A stretch of DNA of 64,000 nucleotides from the human T2T-CHM13v2.0 reference genome, Homo sapiens. A program made the position numbers and the translations under genes. Shown one piece after another: positions 1 through 11,877 of this stretch (position 1 is its first letter; every line of letters starts with the position of its first letter). Under the pieces are notes generated by a model, which was given only the letters and a program-made list of their open reading frames with translations, was not told the DNA's origin and ran no database searches. The DNA lies in the NCBI RefSeq assembly GCF_009914755.1, contig NC_060926.1, one strand, 5' to 3'.

Positions 1-390
1 TGTGATATTTATAGTTTTAGTCACTGATTTTTTAGATTTTATCCAGATATTCAGCTGTTTTACCTGGGTAGATGACATGTACACAGCCATCTTCTAAAAA
101 AAGTTTCAAGCAACAGTGTTTTTATATACTCTATCAATCAAACTTTGTGCATTAATTAAATACTGTTTGTATTTAAATCATTATGTTATCTCTGACTTCT
201 ACAAGAGTTGGGTCAATGAGAATCAAAGCAAAACTTGGCTCCCCTTGGATTTCCTCTTACGTATAAAACCTCTTTATACGTAAAGAGGTTTGCTTTAATC
301 CCACTTCTGACACCAATCTGCTTCGTCCTCACAGGACAGTGATGTTAGTGATGTGAATGATGGAAAAGTGATTGTATAAAAGTTAGGTGG

Positions 391-640
391 GGCCAGGTGC
401 TGTGGCTCACGCCTGTAATCCTAGCACATTGGGAGGCCGAGGCGGGCAGATCACCTGAGGTCAGGAGTTCGAGACCAGCCTGGCCAACATGGCAAAACTT
501 TGTCTCTACTAAAAATACAAAAATTAGCTAGGCATGGTGGCGGGCACCTGTAATCACAGCTACTCGGGAGGCTGAGGCAGGAGAATTACTTGAATCACTC
601 CAGCCTGGGCAACAAGAGCAAAACTCCATCTCAAAAAAAA
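391..640 (+). mobile_element. Alu (S-type) with a deletion in the right arm
   Basis: ggccaggtgctgtggctcacgcctgtaatc...; jumps from cttgaat to cactccagcctggg; A tail. Confidence 0.92.
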
Positions 641-3454
641 GTTAGATGAAGTTTGTGTAATTTTACGGTATGCAGAAAGCTATAGATACAGTTACATAAG
701 GCAGGAGCTAATAGCAATTTTTAGGCAGCACTGTTAGGGCTTCCCAAGTCCCTCTCATGCCTCAGTGAGACATACAGCCATGCTTATTGGCATTTTTCCA
801 AGCACAAGAGGCTTCCTTTATTTCTCTGAGATGTATTTTATACTTTTCTACCATCTCCTCCTGAAACACATACCCAAATGTTTAGCAGAATCTGAGTACA
901 TGCCTACCAGCTCCCACAGTATAAGTAACTACTACAAAACAGTTCTAACATACTTTGACACGTCCACTATGGGAACTAACTGACTTTGGCTTCAACAGAA
1001 CCCTGCCTCAGGCCCAGGCTTCACGCTGTCTGAGGTTCTCTTCAGCACAATGTGATGGGTTCCTTGGACATCTTCTGGCTGCACCTGTTCGGATCTCTGA
1101 GAAGATTTTGTTTGTCTTTGTTCTGTTTTGCCAAGTCTGAGATTGGCACTGGGGAAAATTGCCTTTCTGAGGGCTTTATTTTTGGTTTCCGTATTATCTC
1201 ATTTCTGTTGGTGGGAGACCTGGGAGTTGCCTTAAGAACTGAACAATCACAGGCCCTTGCTGTTGACCTGATCAGGGTTACACATAAAGCTCTCCTCTCC
1301 CAAGTAGGTTGTCAACTCTGTGAAAGCAAAATTTCTGTTTCATACACTGCTTTATCTCTATAATCTAGAACATGCTGGCACTTAGTAAATGTGTGTTGAA
1401 TGAATAAATAGATTCCTTAACAACAAGATTTAGATTCATTTTCATTCTAGCCCATGGATTAGATATCAAATTCTGAGATCTTGTTGACACTTTGTCATTA
1501 AAATCCATAATCCAGCTAGGAAATCTCTGCTTCTAAGCAGTTGGCCTCCCTGGTCATCCTTCCAGCGCTCAGGCTGCAGCATTCTCCATCTGGCTTCTGC
1601 CTTTAGGCAATTCCAAGTAGTGGTCTGAAGTGGAGAAGCCCTTGCCCCAGACTGCATCTCAGTGGTGTTGAGGGTAGTTGTCTGCTTTGTCTGGCAGGGA
1701 ATGTGTGATAGTGGATGTTTAGGAGGGGTCTAGAGGATCAGGCAACTCTCCTTTCTCTGTCATACTTGCTGTAAGTTTACTTCCATGTGGATGGATGAGT
1801 ACTGCTTCCAACAGTCCCCATGGACGAGGACTCATTTCCAAGTACCAGTAGCCCCTTGTGATATGCACCCATATTTGGCTGATCGCAGCTGTCAGCATTC
1901 CATCATTTTCAATAGCCCCCACTTGTGGACCAGCAGGCATGTCATAATCCTGAAGGGTGATCCTTATCCTCCCCGCTCCCTGCAGTGCCCCTGCCTGGGT
2001 TCTGCTCTGTCTCTCTTGACCCTCCCTCCAGGCAACAGCAGAGGCTAACAACTTTCATACAAGAGATGGTTGTCCTGGTTTAATGAGATTTGGGCATCCC
2101 ATACAAGTCTAGGGGTGTGTCCCAAGTGGAATTCCTCTCCCAATTCTCTGTGAAGAGAGGGGAAAGGAACCATTTCACTTCACAAACTGCCTTCCACTAT
2201 AGAGGCAACTTAACTCTCCAGCCATCTCAGCGGCCCGGCACAAGCAAACACGAGGAGGCGGTGCCAGAATTATTCTTAGCAGCAGATTATAAAGGAGGAA
2301 TCTGTGAATATTCTGCATTAATATTTTAGTCCTTGTGGAATATATTCACTGTCAATCTATGGCATATGTTCCTTAGGAAACCAAGGAACTTTTACCAAAC
2401 CAAAATTAGAAGTAGTTTCTAAGCCTTTTATAAATGGTGGTGCCCTTACCTGTGAACTGACAGGCGCTAGCACCAAATGACCTCAAAATTCCACTGTAGT
2501 ATTAGCATTTTCCAGAATTTTTATTAGACTGTGCTTACAGTTGAATGGATAAGGCATTAAAACCTATCTTCCACCTCATTCTTTCTGAGTTGATTTGAAT
2601 GGGTTTATGAACTGAAACAAAAAGAAAGTTCTATAAAGAAAACTATATACTGTGGGCTTAAAAAAATTTTATGGGGTTTCAGAGATTTTTTTTGTTTGTT
2701 TTGGTCATGTTTTGGTTTCAACTCTAAATTAATAGCCTTCTTTAATCCTTGATTCCTTAATTTATTAGTCTGTGGCGTCAATATAAAATTTCACTGGATT
2801 ATAAACTGTGTAGGATTATCAGTTCCCCAGTGGCTGGTACTGTACCTATCATGGGACCACTGTGTGTCTAACGTGGTACCTTACACTTAATACACAGCAA
2901 ACAAATACTTTTCAAATGAATAGATGAATGGACCAATTTACTTAGCCTGATTCTCTTAATATTTAATCTGTCTTCAAGATGCTGTGCAAGTCCATTCTTG
3001 GTCAGCGACTACTTTTACCTTCACTTCATTAGCAACTATGGATGGTCTTTGTGGGAAATGATGTGACTGATGTAGAATCCAGGGTGCCCCAGTTGGCCCT
3101 GGGACTGCACTTGGCAAAATGACTTTTTGATCTTTGTAGTATCTGTCCTTCAGGAATTACAATGTTTGTTTGGTTTAAATCTGTTTAACCCCAGGCAAAA
3201 GGAATCAAGAAGATTCTGTGTCACTGTGGCTATCATGCCTATTGTACATACCAAGGTGCTTTGTCAGCAGGTTTACAATGAAACAAAGAACATGCTCATA
3301 AGTGACTATGAGAAAACGGGAAGGATGTAGACAGGTTTCCTTCAGTCACCAAATCACCGTATATAAGTAATCCCAGTTTTCCTTCTAACCTTTTATGCTG
3401 TGCTTGGAAACAGAAATCTGGGAGAAGTTGCCCCCAGTTTGTATTTAGTTTCTA

Positions 3455-3610
3455 ATTTTTTAATTGACATGCAATAATTTTATATGTTTATAAGGTACAT
3501 AGTTTCAATATTTTCAATGTATAGTGGTCAAATTGGTATCATTAGCATATCTTTCACCTCGAACATTTGTCATTTATTTCTGTTGGGACCATTCAAAATC
3601 CTCTCTTCTG
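3455..3610 (-). mobile_element. L1MA-like 3' end fragment
   Basis: Antisense L1M 3'UTR-like text (tttaattgacatgcaataatt...accattcaaaatcctctcttct). Confidence 0.6.
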
Positions 3611-5989
3611 CTGTTCACTCATATGTGGAAGCTGCCCCCAGTTTTTTTTAAACGCCTTATTTAATCAGGAGATCTGTGGGAATTTCAAGCTCGCCTGAGG
3701 CATGATGAGCATGGTGAAGTGGCACAGTGTCAACGGCAAATGAGCAACCTGTGCTCCCAGCTCCTTCCTCAGCGTAGCCGGACAGAGGCCCTTTGTTGTC
3801 ATTGATCAATAGCTGTTTTGTGGGCCTGTATTGTTAGAGTTGCTAAGAACTGACCATCCTGCTAAGCTAATGCTGCTGGATTTACCATATAGAGATTGAT
3901 GAAAACTGCTCAATCCTATCTTGAAGCTTGGCCCAATAAATGGGGAGGAACTTCTAGTTCTACATTTCCATCCCGTTTCCAAGGCTGGAGTGAGCTTACA
4001 GAGCCTGAGAGTTGGTACAGAGATCTGCAGTTGCATGTGTGTTGTTTAAGCTGAGCCCAGCTCTCCCCATGGGAGAGTGATGGCACACGCGTAGTGCACG
4101 CAGGGCGAGGAGCACTCCTGCTCCAGAGCCCTTCTCTCGAAGCTGCGTTCTTCTTCATCCCACCCCTTCGTTCTGCAAGAGTTCTGCCCGCATAGCTGCA
4201 GCGAGCAGGTAGAAATGCAAGACTCCTGTTCTTTATGAAGTTGGAAGGGACTGAAATTATAATATCTATTAAACCCAGAAATGCTGAAATTAATCATCTC
4301 CAAGGCCTATTGCTTAGTTAGGTAACTCCACTAAAAGCTGAATCATTCGTTGATTTTTTTCTAAGTGAATATGATGCTATTTTCATAAATGATTTTCTTT
4401 ATTCAAACCCCTTGATTTTCTGTATTGGTTTGAAGCAAAGCAATGACTTCTGTCTGATAATTTTAGGCATTAAACCTGCTGTTCATTATAGAATAGTTTC
4501 TTCACTTTTGATGACAAAGAGTGGCCAGTGTATAAAAATCCAGAAGTAAAGTGTTGGAAAATGATTTTTAGAAGCTTAATGTGCCTAGGAAATCACACTC
4601 CCACAGTGTAATCATCAAATCAAACCTACTCACTTATGGAGATAAAAGAACACTTCAAAAATATGTAAGCACTTTTCTGTCAAAAGGGAGTGACTCTCCG
4701 AAGACTGTGGCAGAGTTGGGTCTGATTCTTTTAGGCAAGTGTCTGAACATCTCACAGATTCTCCATCTGGGGGGAATGGGCACTACCAGGGGTGTTGATC
4801 TGCCTCCTGTCAATTAGTGTGTGGTCAGGATGTGGTAACCGAGGAGGCATTTGCAGGAGTGGAAGGTGTGAAGGATCAGGGTGCTCTTGTGGGTGTGTTT
4901 AAACTATGTTGGCGTGCTCTTTACCCGACTCCCTCTCGCTCATTTGAAGTTCGTGTCATGCTCTGCCATCTTCTGCCCCTTCCTGTTCTTGTCATCTGTC
5001 AACTTCCTGTCTCTGAGCAATTCAGCTCATGGTCAACTGGCCAACCCCAGCCAGCTCCTGCCATGCCCTGGGTTACATCATCACCAGGAACTCCTTTGTC
5101 CCTCAGTGTCTTAACCAGCTGTCCTCTGGATTTCTCATTCCCGGGTACACCTGATCTTCATCAAGACAAATAAGTGCCTAGACACCTTCATTTTTCCCCA
5201 AGTTCATCAGCCCTTCCTGGCCTCACTTTTTGTGCCTACCCAAATGCCATTTCCCAGTCCTGTTGGCCCTTCTCCCCTACATTCCTCCTACCACCTGCCT
5301 CTCCACTCTTCTTATAGGAAGTCCCACGTTGGCACAGATGGCCACCACCAGAGAGGCTGCCTGGCTGCTGCACATGGCCCTCCAAGCTCCTCCATCCTTT
5401 CCTTTGGTTGGTTTTCTCTGCTGCTTCTCAGCAGTCATCCAGGTTTCAACTCAACCTCCTGCCCCTCCTTCACTGAGAAAACAGAAGCCACTGGCACGCA
5501 TTCCATCTTGGTGCTTCTTTCTCTCTCCTCCATTTTGCTTCCCATCCTTCACTCACGTAAGCCATTCACCTTCTTCCCTCTCTTCTCAGAGGAAGTAAGT
5601 CCCTTCTCCTATTCAAGACAGTTCCCTCACCTGGTGCTTGGCCCCGGCCTCCTGTCCATCCATGCTCCCTCATCTGTGTCTCCTGTGTCACTCTCCCACA
5701 GCCAGATCCATGTCCTCAACCAAAAAATACATCCCAGTTTCCCACCTCCACCCAGCTCTCCTCAGGAAAAAAACAGGTCCTTTGACTAATCTTATAAACT
5801 TACACATTTCTGCCGTCACCTTCCTTCCAACCTTTTTCCTTTCTCATTCAGGCCTTGTAGTCTTTTCTTCATTCTCTATCCTATCTCATCTGTCCTCTGT
5901 CCCTGCCATTCTGCTGACATGGGGGCTCTTTAACCCCTGAGTCCAGTGACTCTCCTCTCTCTGTCTTACTAAGAGAACTTGTTTCTTCT

Positions 5990-6262
5990 AGAGTAGCATT
6001 GTCCAGTAGAAATATGTGAGCCACGTGTATAAATTTTCTAGCAGGCACATTAAAAAAGTTGAGATGGTGACATTGATTTTAACAATATATTTTAACTCGA
6101 TATATTAAAAAATATTTCAACATGTAATATAAAATTATATTTTACATTCTGTTAAAAACTTTTCAGTAGGACTTCAAATTCCAGTGTGTATTTTATAGTT
6201 ATAGCACAATTCAAACTTTTGAAAGCCACATGTGGCATTGGCTACTGAATTGGACAGTGCGT
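5990..6262. mobile_element. MER3/MER33-like hAT-Charlie DNA transposon
   Basis: Ends gcattgtccagtag / ctactgaattggacagtgc; internal agccacatgtggc. Confidence 0.7.
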
Positions 6263-7119
6263 GTTAGAGAAGAATATAAACGTTCTTCTCTCGCCTTTTT
6301 GAAAGAATCTCTCTTGGCCCTTCTGGTGCCTCCCTCTCTCTTCTCAGTGTCTCACCTCTGCTTCCTCTTCCAGCCCCTTACATGCTGTTGGTCCTCAGGA
6401 TTTTACCTTTGGCTGGCATCTTTTCACCCTCTACCATCTACCCTCTCTCTTAATTAATCTTTTATATCCCACCCATTGGCTAGTGATTCCCAGGGTCATG
6501 TCACTGACTCCCATCTCTCAGTGGAACTTCCAACTAACAAAGCTATCTCACGGGTGTTCAAAGCTCAACGTGCCAAAATTGAACTCATCATCTTCCCTCA
6601 TTGATATTTTCTCTCTGTCTCATTCCATGATACGACCATCTGTCCAGATATGCAAGCTGGAAAACTGGTATTGCCCTTGAGTTGCTTTTCCTACTTCATC
6701 CCCTAAAGACTCTCCATGACAAAGTGCTGTGAAGTCTATTTCGCCAACCTTTCTTTAAATATTCACCTGTTTTCTTCTCCATAACCACTGCTCCAGTCAA
6801 GTGCTTCATCATTCCTCTCTTGGATCATCACAGTGGCCTCTTCAGTATTCTGCCCATCTTTACTTAGTTCCCTTTACGCCACCCTTTGTACTCTCATTTT
6901 TTCACCCAAATAACTTTGTATTCACCTAAAATAGCCAAGTCTAAGACGATATCCCCATTTTTTAAAACAACAACAAAAAGACACAAAGCTGTGTGATAGG
7001 CTTCAGTCAAGAGCATTTTCAAGAGGGTAGGCTTCTTTCAGGACATCCTGCAGTTCTTCTGCCTGAATCCTTTCCATCACCCCATCACTAAGTATCTCTG
7101 TACATGATTCTGGAAGACA

Positions 7120-7206
7120 TAGGAATACACTCAACAGAGTCCAGTTCTTAGGAATACTGTTAACAGAGTCCAGTTCTGAAGAATGCACTTAACACAGTCC
7201 AGTTTG
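7120..7206 (+). repeat. 29-bp minisatellite, 3 copies
   Basis: taggaatacactcaacagagtccagttct / taggaatactgttaacagagtccagttct / gaagaatgcacttaacacagtccagtttg. Confidence 0.85.
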
Positions 7207-7299
7207 GTCTTGATAACAGAGAGGCCCCCTGGCTTTGGAGATTTTTCCTAACCCTGGATTTATCCTAGAGCAGTGGTTGCTAATTTCTCTGTGTTTCTC

Positions 7300-10200
7300 G
7301 CCCCTCCCTTTCTCCCTCCCCTCCCCCATCCATTCCTCCCTACCCCCCTCCTTCCCTCCTCCTTCACTCCTTCCCTCCTCCCTCTCTGCCTCCCCCTTCT
7401 CCCATTCCTCCCTCTCTCCCTCCTCTCCCACTCCTCCCTCTCTCCTCCCATCCCATTCCTCCCTCCCTCATCCCTCCCTACCCCTCCTCCCCCTCCCCTC
7501 TTTCCCCCTCCCCTCTCTCCCCTCCCCTCTCTCCTCCTCCCTCTATTCCCTCCCCTTCCCTCCCTCCCCTACCCCTTCCATTCCTCCCTTCCCCCTTCCA
7601 TTCCTCCCCTTGCTCCCCTTCCCTCCCCCCTCCCCTCCCCCTCCTCCTTCCATGCCTCCCCCTGCCCCCTTCCATACTTCCACCCTCCCCACTTCCATGC
7701 CTCCCCCTCTCCCCTCCCCTTCCCTCCCCCTCTCCCCTCCCCTTCCCTCCCCCTCTCCCCTCCCCCTACCCCTCTCCCCTCCCCTTCCCTTCCCCTCCCC
7801 CTTCCCTCCGCCACCTCTTCTCTCCCCTTCCCTCCCCATTCCCTTCCCCTTCCCTTCCCCACCTCTCCCCTCCCCCTTCCCTTCCCCACCTCTCCCCTCC
7901 CCCTTCCCTTCCCCACCTCTCCCCTCCCCCTTCCCTTCCCCACCTCTCCCCCACCTCTCCCCCTCCCCACCTCTCCCCCACCTCTCCCCTCCCCACCTCT
8001 CCCCTCCCCACCTCTCCCCCGCCCCTCCCCTCCCCACCTCTCCCCTCCTCCACCTCTCCCCTCCCTCTCCCCTCTCCCACCTCTCCCCTCCCTCTCCCCT
8101 CTCCCCTCCCCTCCCCCACCTCTCCCCTCCCCTCCCCCACCTCTCCCCTCCCTCTCCCCTCCCCTCCCCCACCTCTCCCCTCCCCTCCCCCACCTCTCCC
8201 CTCCCCTCCCCCACCTCTCCCCTCCCTCTCCCCTCCCCTCCCCCACCTCTCCCCTCCCCTCCCCCACCTCTCCCCTCCCCTCCCCCACCTCTCCCCTCCC
8301 CTCCCCCACCTCTCCCCTCCCCTCCCCCACCTCTCCCCTCCCTCTCCCCTCCCTCTTCCCTCCCTCTTCCCCACCTCTCCCCTCCCCTCCCCCACCTCTC
8401 CCCTCCCTCTCCCCTCCCTCTTCCCCACCTCTCCCCTCCCTCTTCCCTCCCCCCACCTCTCCCTTCCCTCTTCCCTCCCCCACCTTCCCCTCCCTCTTCC
8501 GTCCCCTCCCCTTCTCCCCTCCCCTTCTCCCCTCCCCCTTTCCCCCTTCCCTTTTTCCCCCTCCCCCTTCTCCTCTCCCCCTTCTCCTCTCCCCCTTCTC
8601 CTCTCCCCCTTCTCCTCTCCCCCTTCTCCTCTCCCCCTTCTCCTCTCCCCCTTCTCTGCCCCCCTTCTCCTCTCCCCCTTCTCCTCTCCCCCTTCTCCTC
8701 TCCCCCTTCTCCTCTCCCCCTTCTCCTCTCCCCCTTCTCCACCCCCCTTCTCTTCTCCCCCTTCTCCTCTCCCCCTTCTCCTCTCCCCCTTCTCCTCTCC
8801 CCTTCTCTCCCCCCTTCTCTCTCCTCTTCTCCCCCCTTTCCCCTCCCCCTCTCTCCCCTCCCCCTTATCCCCCCATTCCCTCCCACTTGTCTCCCCCTCC
8901 CCCTTATCCCCTCCCACTTGTCTCCCCCTCCCCTTATCCCCTCCCACTTGTCTCCCCCTCCCATTATCCCCTCCCACTTGTCTCCCCCTCCCCCTTATCC
9001 CCTCCCACTTGTCTCCCCCTCCCCCTTATCCCCTCCCACTTGTCTCCCCCCTCCCCCTTATCCCCTCCCACTTGTCTCCCCTTCCCCCTTCTACCCCCTC
9101 CCCCTTCTCCCCCCTCCCCCTTCGTCCCCCTCCCCCTTCTTCCCCCTCCCCCATCTCCCCCCTCCCCCTTCTTCCCCCCTCCTTCTCTTCCCTCCCCCTT
9201 CTCCTCCCTCCCCCTTCTCCCCTCCCCCTTCTCCCCTCCCCCTTCTCCCCTCCCCCTTCTCTCCCCTCCCCCTTCTCTCCCCTCCCTCTTCTCTCCCCTC
9301 TCCCCCTTCCCCACCCCTTCGCCTCCTCTTCCCCTCCCCTTCGCCTCCCCCTTCCCCTCCCCTTCGCCTCCCCTTCCCCTCCCCTTCGCCTCCCCTTCCC
9401 CTCCCCTTCCCCTCCCCTTCGCCTCCCCTTCCCCTCCCCTTCGCCTCCCCTTTCCCTCCCCTTCCCCTCCCCTTTCCCTCCCCTTCCCCTCCCCTTCCCC
9501 TTCCCCTCCCCTTCCCCTCCCCTTCCCCTCCCCTTCCCCTCTCATTCCCTTCCCCTCCCCTCCCCTTCTCTCCTCTTCTCTCCCCCTCCCCTTCTCTCCC
9601 CTTCCCCTTCTCTCCCCCTCCCCTTCTCTCCCCTTCTCTCCCCTTCTCTCCCCCTCCCCTTCTTTCCCCTTTTCTCCCCCTCTCTCCCCCCTCCCCTTCT
9701 CTCCCCCCTCCCCTTCTCTCCCCCCTCCCCTTCTCTCCCCTTCTCTCCCCTTCTCTCCCTTTCTCTCCCCCTCTCTCCCCGTCTCTCCCCCTCTCTCCCC
9801 CTCTCTCCCCCCTCCCCTTCTCTTCCCCTCTCCCTTTTCCCTTCTCTCCCCCTCTCCCTTTTCCCTTCTCTCCCCCTCTCCCTTTTCCCTTCTCTCCCCC
9901 TCTCCCTTTTCCCTTCTCTCCCCCTCTCCCTTTTCCCTTCTCTCCCCCCTCCCTTTTCCCTTCTCTCCCCCTCCCTCTTCTCTCCCCCTCCCTCTTCTGT
10001 CTCCTCGCCCCCTCCCTCTTCTGTCTCCTCGCCCCCTCCCTCTTCTGTCTCCTCGCCCCCTCCCTCTTCTGTCTCCTCGCCCCCTCCCTCTTCTTTCTCC
10101 TCGCCCCCTCCCTCTTCTGTCTCCTCGCCCCCTCCCTCTTCTCTCTCCTCGCCCCCTCCCTCTTCTCTCTCCTCGCCCCCTCCCTCTTCTCTCTCCTCGC

Positions 10201-10520
10201 CCCCTCCCTCTTCTCTCTCCTCGCCCCCTCCCTCTTCTGTCTCCTCGCCCCCTCCCTCTTCTGTCTCCTCGCCCCCTCCCTCTTCTCTCTCCTCGCCCCC
10301 TCCCTCTTCTCTCTCCTCTCCCCCTCCCTCTTCTCTCTCCTCTCCCCCTGCCTTTCTCTCTCCCCTCCCCCTCCTCTCCCCCTGCCGTTCTCTCTCCCCT
10401 CCCCCTTCTCTCTCCCTTCTCTCTCTCCCTCCCCCTTCTCTCTCCCCTCTCTCTCTCCCTCCCCCTTCTCTCTCCCCTCTCTCTCTGCCTCCCCCTTCTC
10501 TCTCCCCTCCCCCTCCCCTT
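7300..10520 (+). repeat. About 3.2-kb polypyrimidine/polypurine mosaic VNTR
   Basis: Almost all C/T on +; successive arrays of 20-, 14-, 30-, 6- and 24-bp units. Confidence 0.97.
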
Positions 10521-11862
10521 TGGATTTCCCAAGACATTCTAAAACCATTGGAGCATTTTATGCCACATTTTGGAAGCTGAAGAAAGCTGTTTCCTCCAAG
10601 GGCACTTTGAACATTGTCTGATGAACACGACTCAAAACAACTTCAAACTTGAATTTCTTGGCTAGTTGGAACTGAGTTTCCCCACACTCACACCCACACC
10701 CACACCCCTCTTTATAGAAACTGGTTGGAACGACTTGGTTTCTCACAGGCTGTCCAAGCCTCACTCCCCAGTTGGCTCTCATGTTGTACTCATCTTGGGT
10801 TGCAACTGACTCGTGACCTCAGTGGTTTCAGAAGCTTCCCTGAGCACTTTGGCCCTGAATGCTCTTACACATTTCAGGTCATTGTGTGCTCTGCTCCACC
10901 TCTTGCTCTGTCAGCCCAGTGCCTTGGGGAGGGGGAAAGGAGGGACAAGTACCCAGGCATTGGCCTGCCTTGCGGGTCTGTGCAGGGCAAGAGCCCGTGT
11001 CAGGATAACACTCCCCACATCTTTAGTTGAGTCTAAGCTTTCTCTTCAGCAGCCCAGCGCTGGGCAGTGGGATGACAGCAGGAATTGGCCTTCCCATGAT
11101 CCTGCCCTGCCCACAGAATGTGCCAACTGTTTCCACAGGGGGTACAGGGTTGTGACTCTCCCCACAGGCACTGAAGAGCAGGGCCGACTTGTTACTCAAC
11201 ACCAAGCCCCAGGCTGGAGTTCACAGCCTCTCCCTGGGCTTCCTGCCTTCACTCTGTCTTCTTGGCAGGCTTCTCCTGCTCTCCAGAGCTTAGGCCTGTC
11301 TGCCACCCTCTCTCCTGATTATCCAGTTTGTTTGCTGTCTTGCCAGGCTCCCTCCTTAAATTTCTTGCCAATGGAAGCTCTTTCTCCTTTGTTCCCTGAC
11401 CCTGCCCCCCTGCCCATTCTCCTCAAAGCCTACTTGCCCCACCAGGCCCCTTTGTGTCTCTGCTCCTCCCACCTCCAGTCTCTCACCCCCTCACCTTCCC
11501 AGATCTTGGCCCCACTGGGTCTCCCTGCCAATGCCGGGTTGTGCCCACAGCCTTCCTCGCACTCCTGTCCTGTGCCAGCTGGGAATGACCAACTCTAATG
11601 AGCTGATTGGACTGAAAGTGAGTGAATGTCCTCATGCCTCCACTCCTTCCCACCTCAGCAAAGCTTTTCAGAGTCCCATTTCTGATGGAATCTGAATCTA
11701 GAAGGATTTAGATCCACGGAAAACTGTTAAACCTCCAGTGTTTGGCTACGTGTGAAGTCTCTGGCAGTCCCTCCCACATCTGATGTTATGAACACTGTTT
11801 ATAGATGCCTGGAAAGAAGCTTTTAATACTTGTATTGTGTTTTAACTTGCTTTCCTTTGGAG

Positions 11863-11877
11863 GCAGGGAATTGTCAA
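11863..11877 (+). CDS. EML6: Candidate 15-nt EML6 microexon, phase 2-2, (R)QGIV(K)
   Basis: aacttgctttcctttggag|GCAGGGAATTGTCAA|gtaagt; preserves frame; resembles recalled EML5 insert QGVVR. Confidence 0.75.

Noticed and set aside
335-378. cacag|GACAGTGATGTTAGTGAT (DSDVSDV), resembling acidic EML linkers
   Set aside because: In the intron's phase 2 it meets a stop after six codons and has no good donor; probably chance
8860-10345. CRISPR-like array of 24-30-bp repeats
   Set aside because: Head-to-tail repeats without unique spacers, in human intronic DNA
7300-10520. SVA element suggested by CCCTCT-like hexamers
   Set aside because: No Alu-like segment, GC-rich SVA VNTR, SINE-R or poly(A)/TSD adjacent
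7235-10621. ORFs of 300-1128 aa that are Pro/Ser/Leu-rich (+) or Gly/Glu/Arg-rich (-)
   Set aside because: Pure C/T or G/A sequence cannot contain stop codons, so every frame is open; no splice or domain evidence
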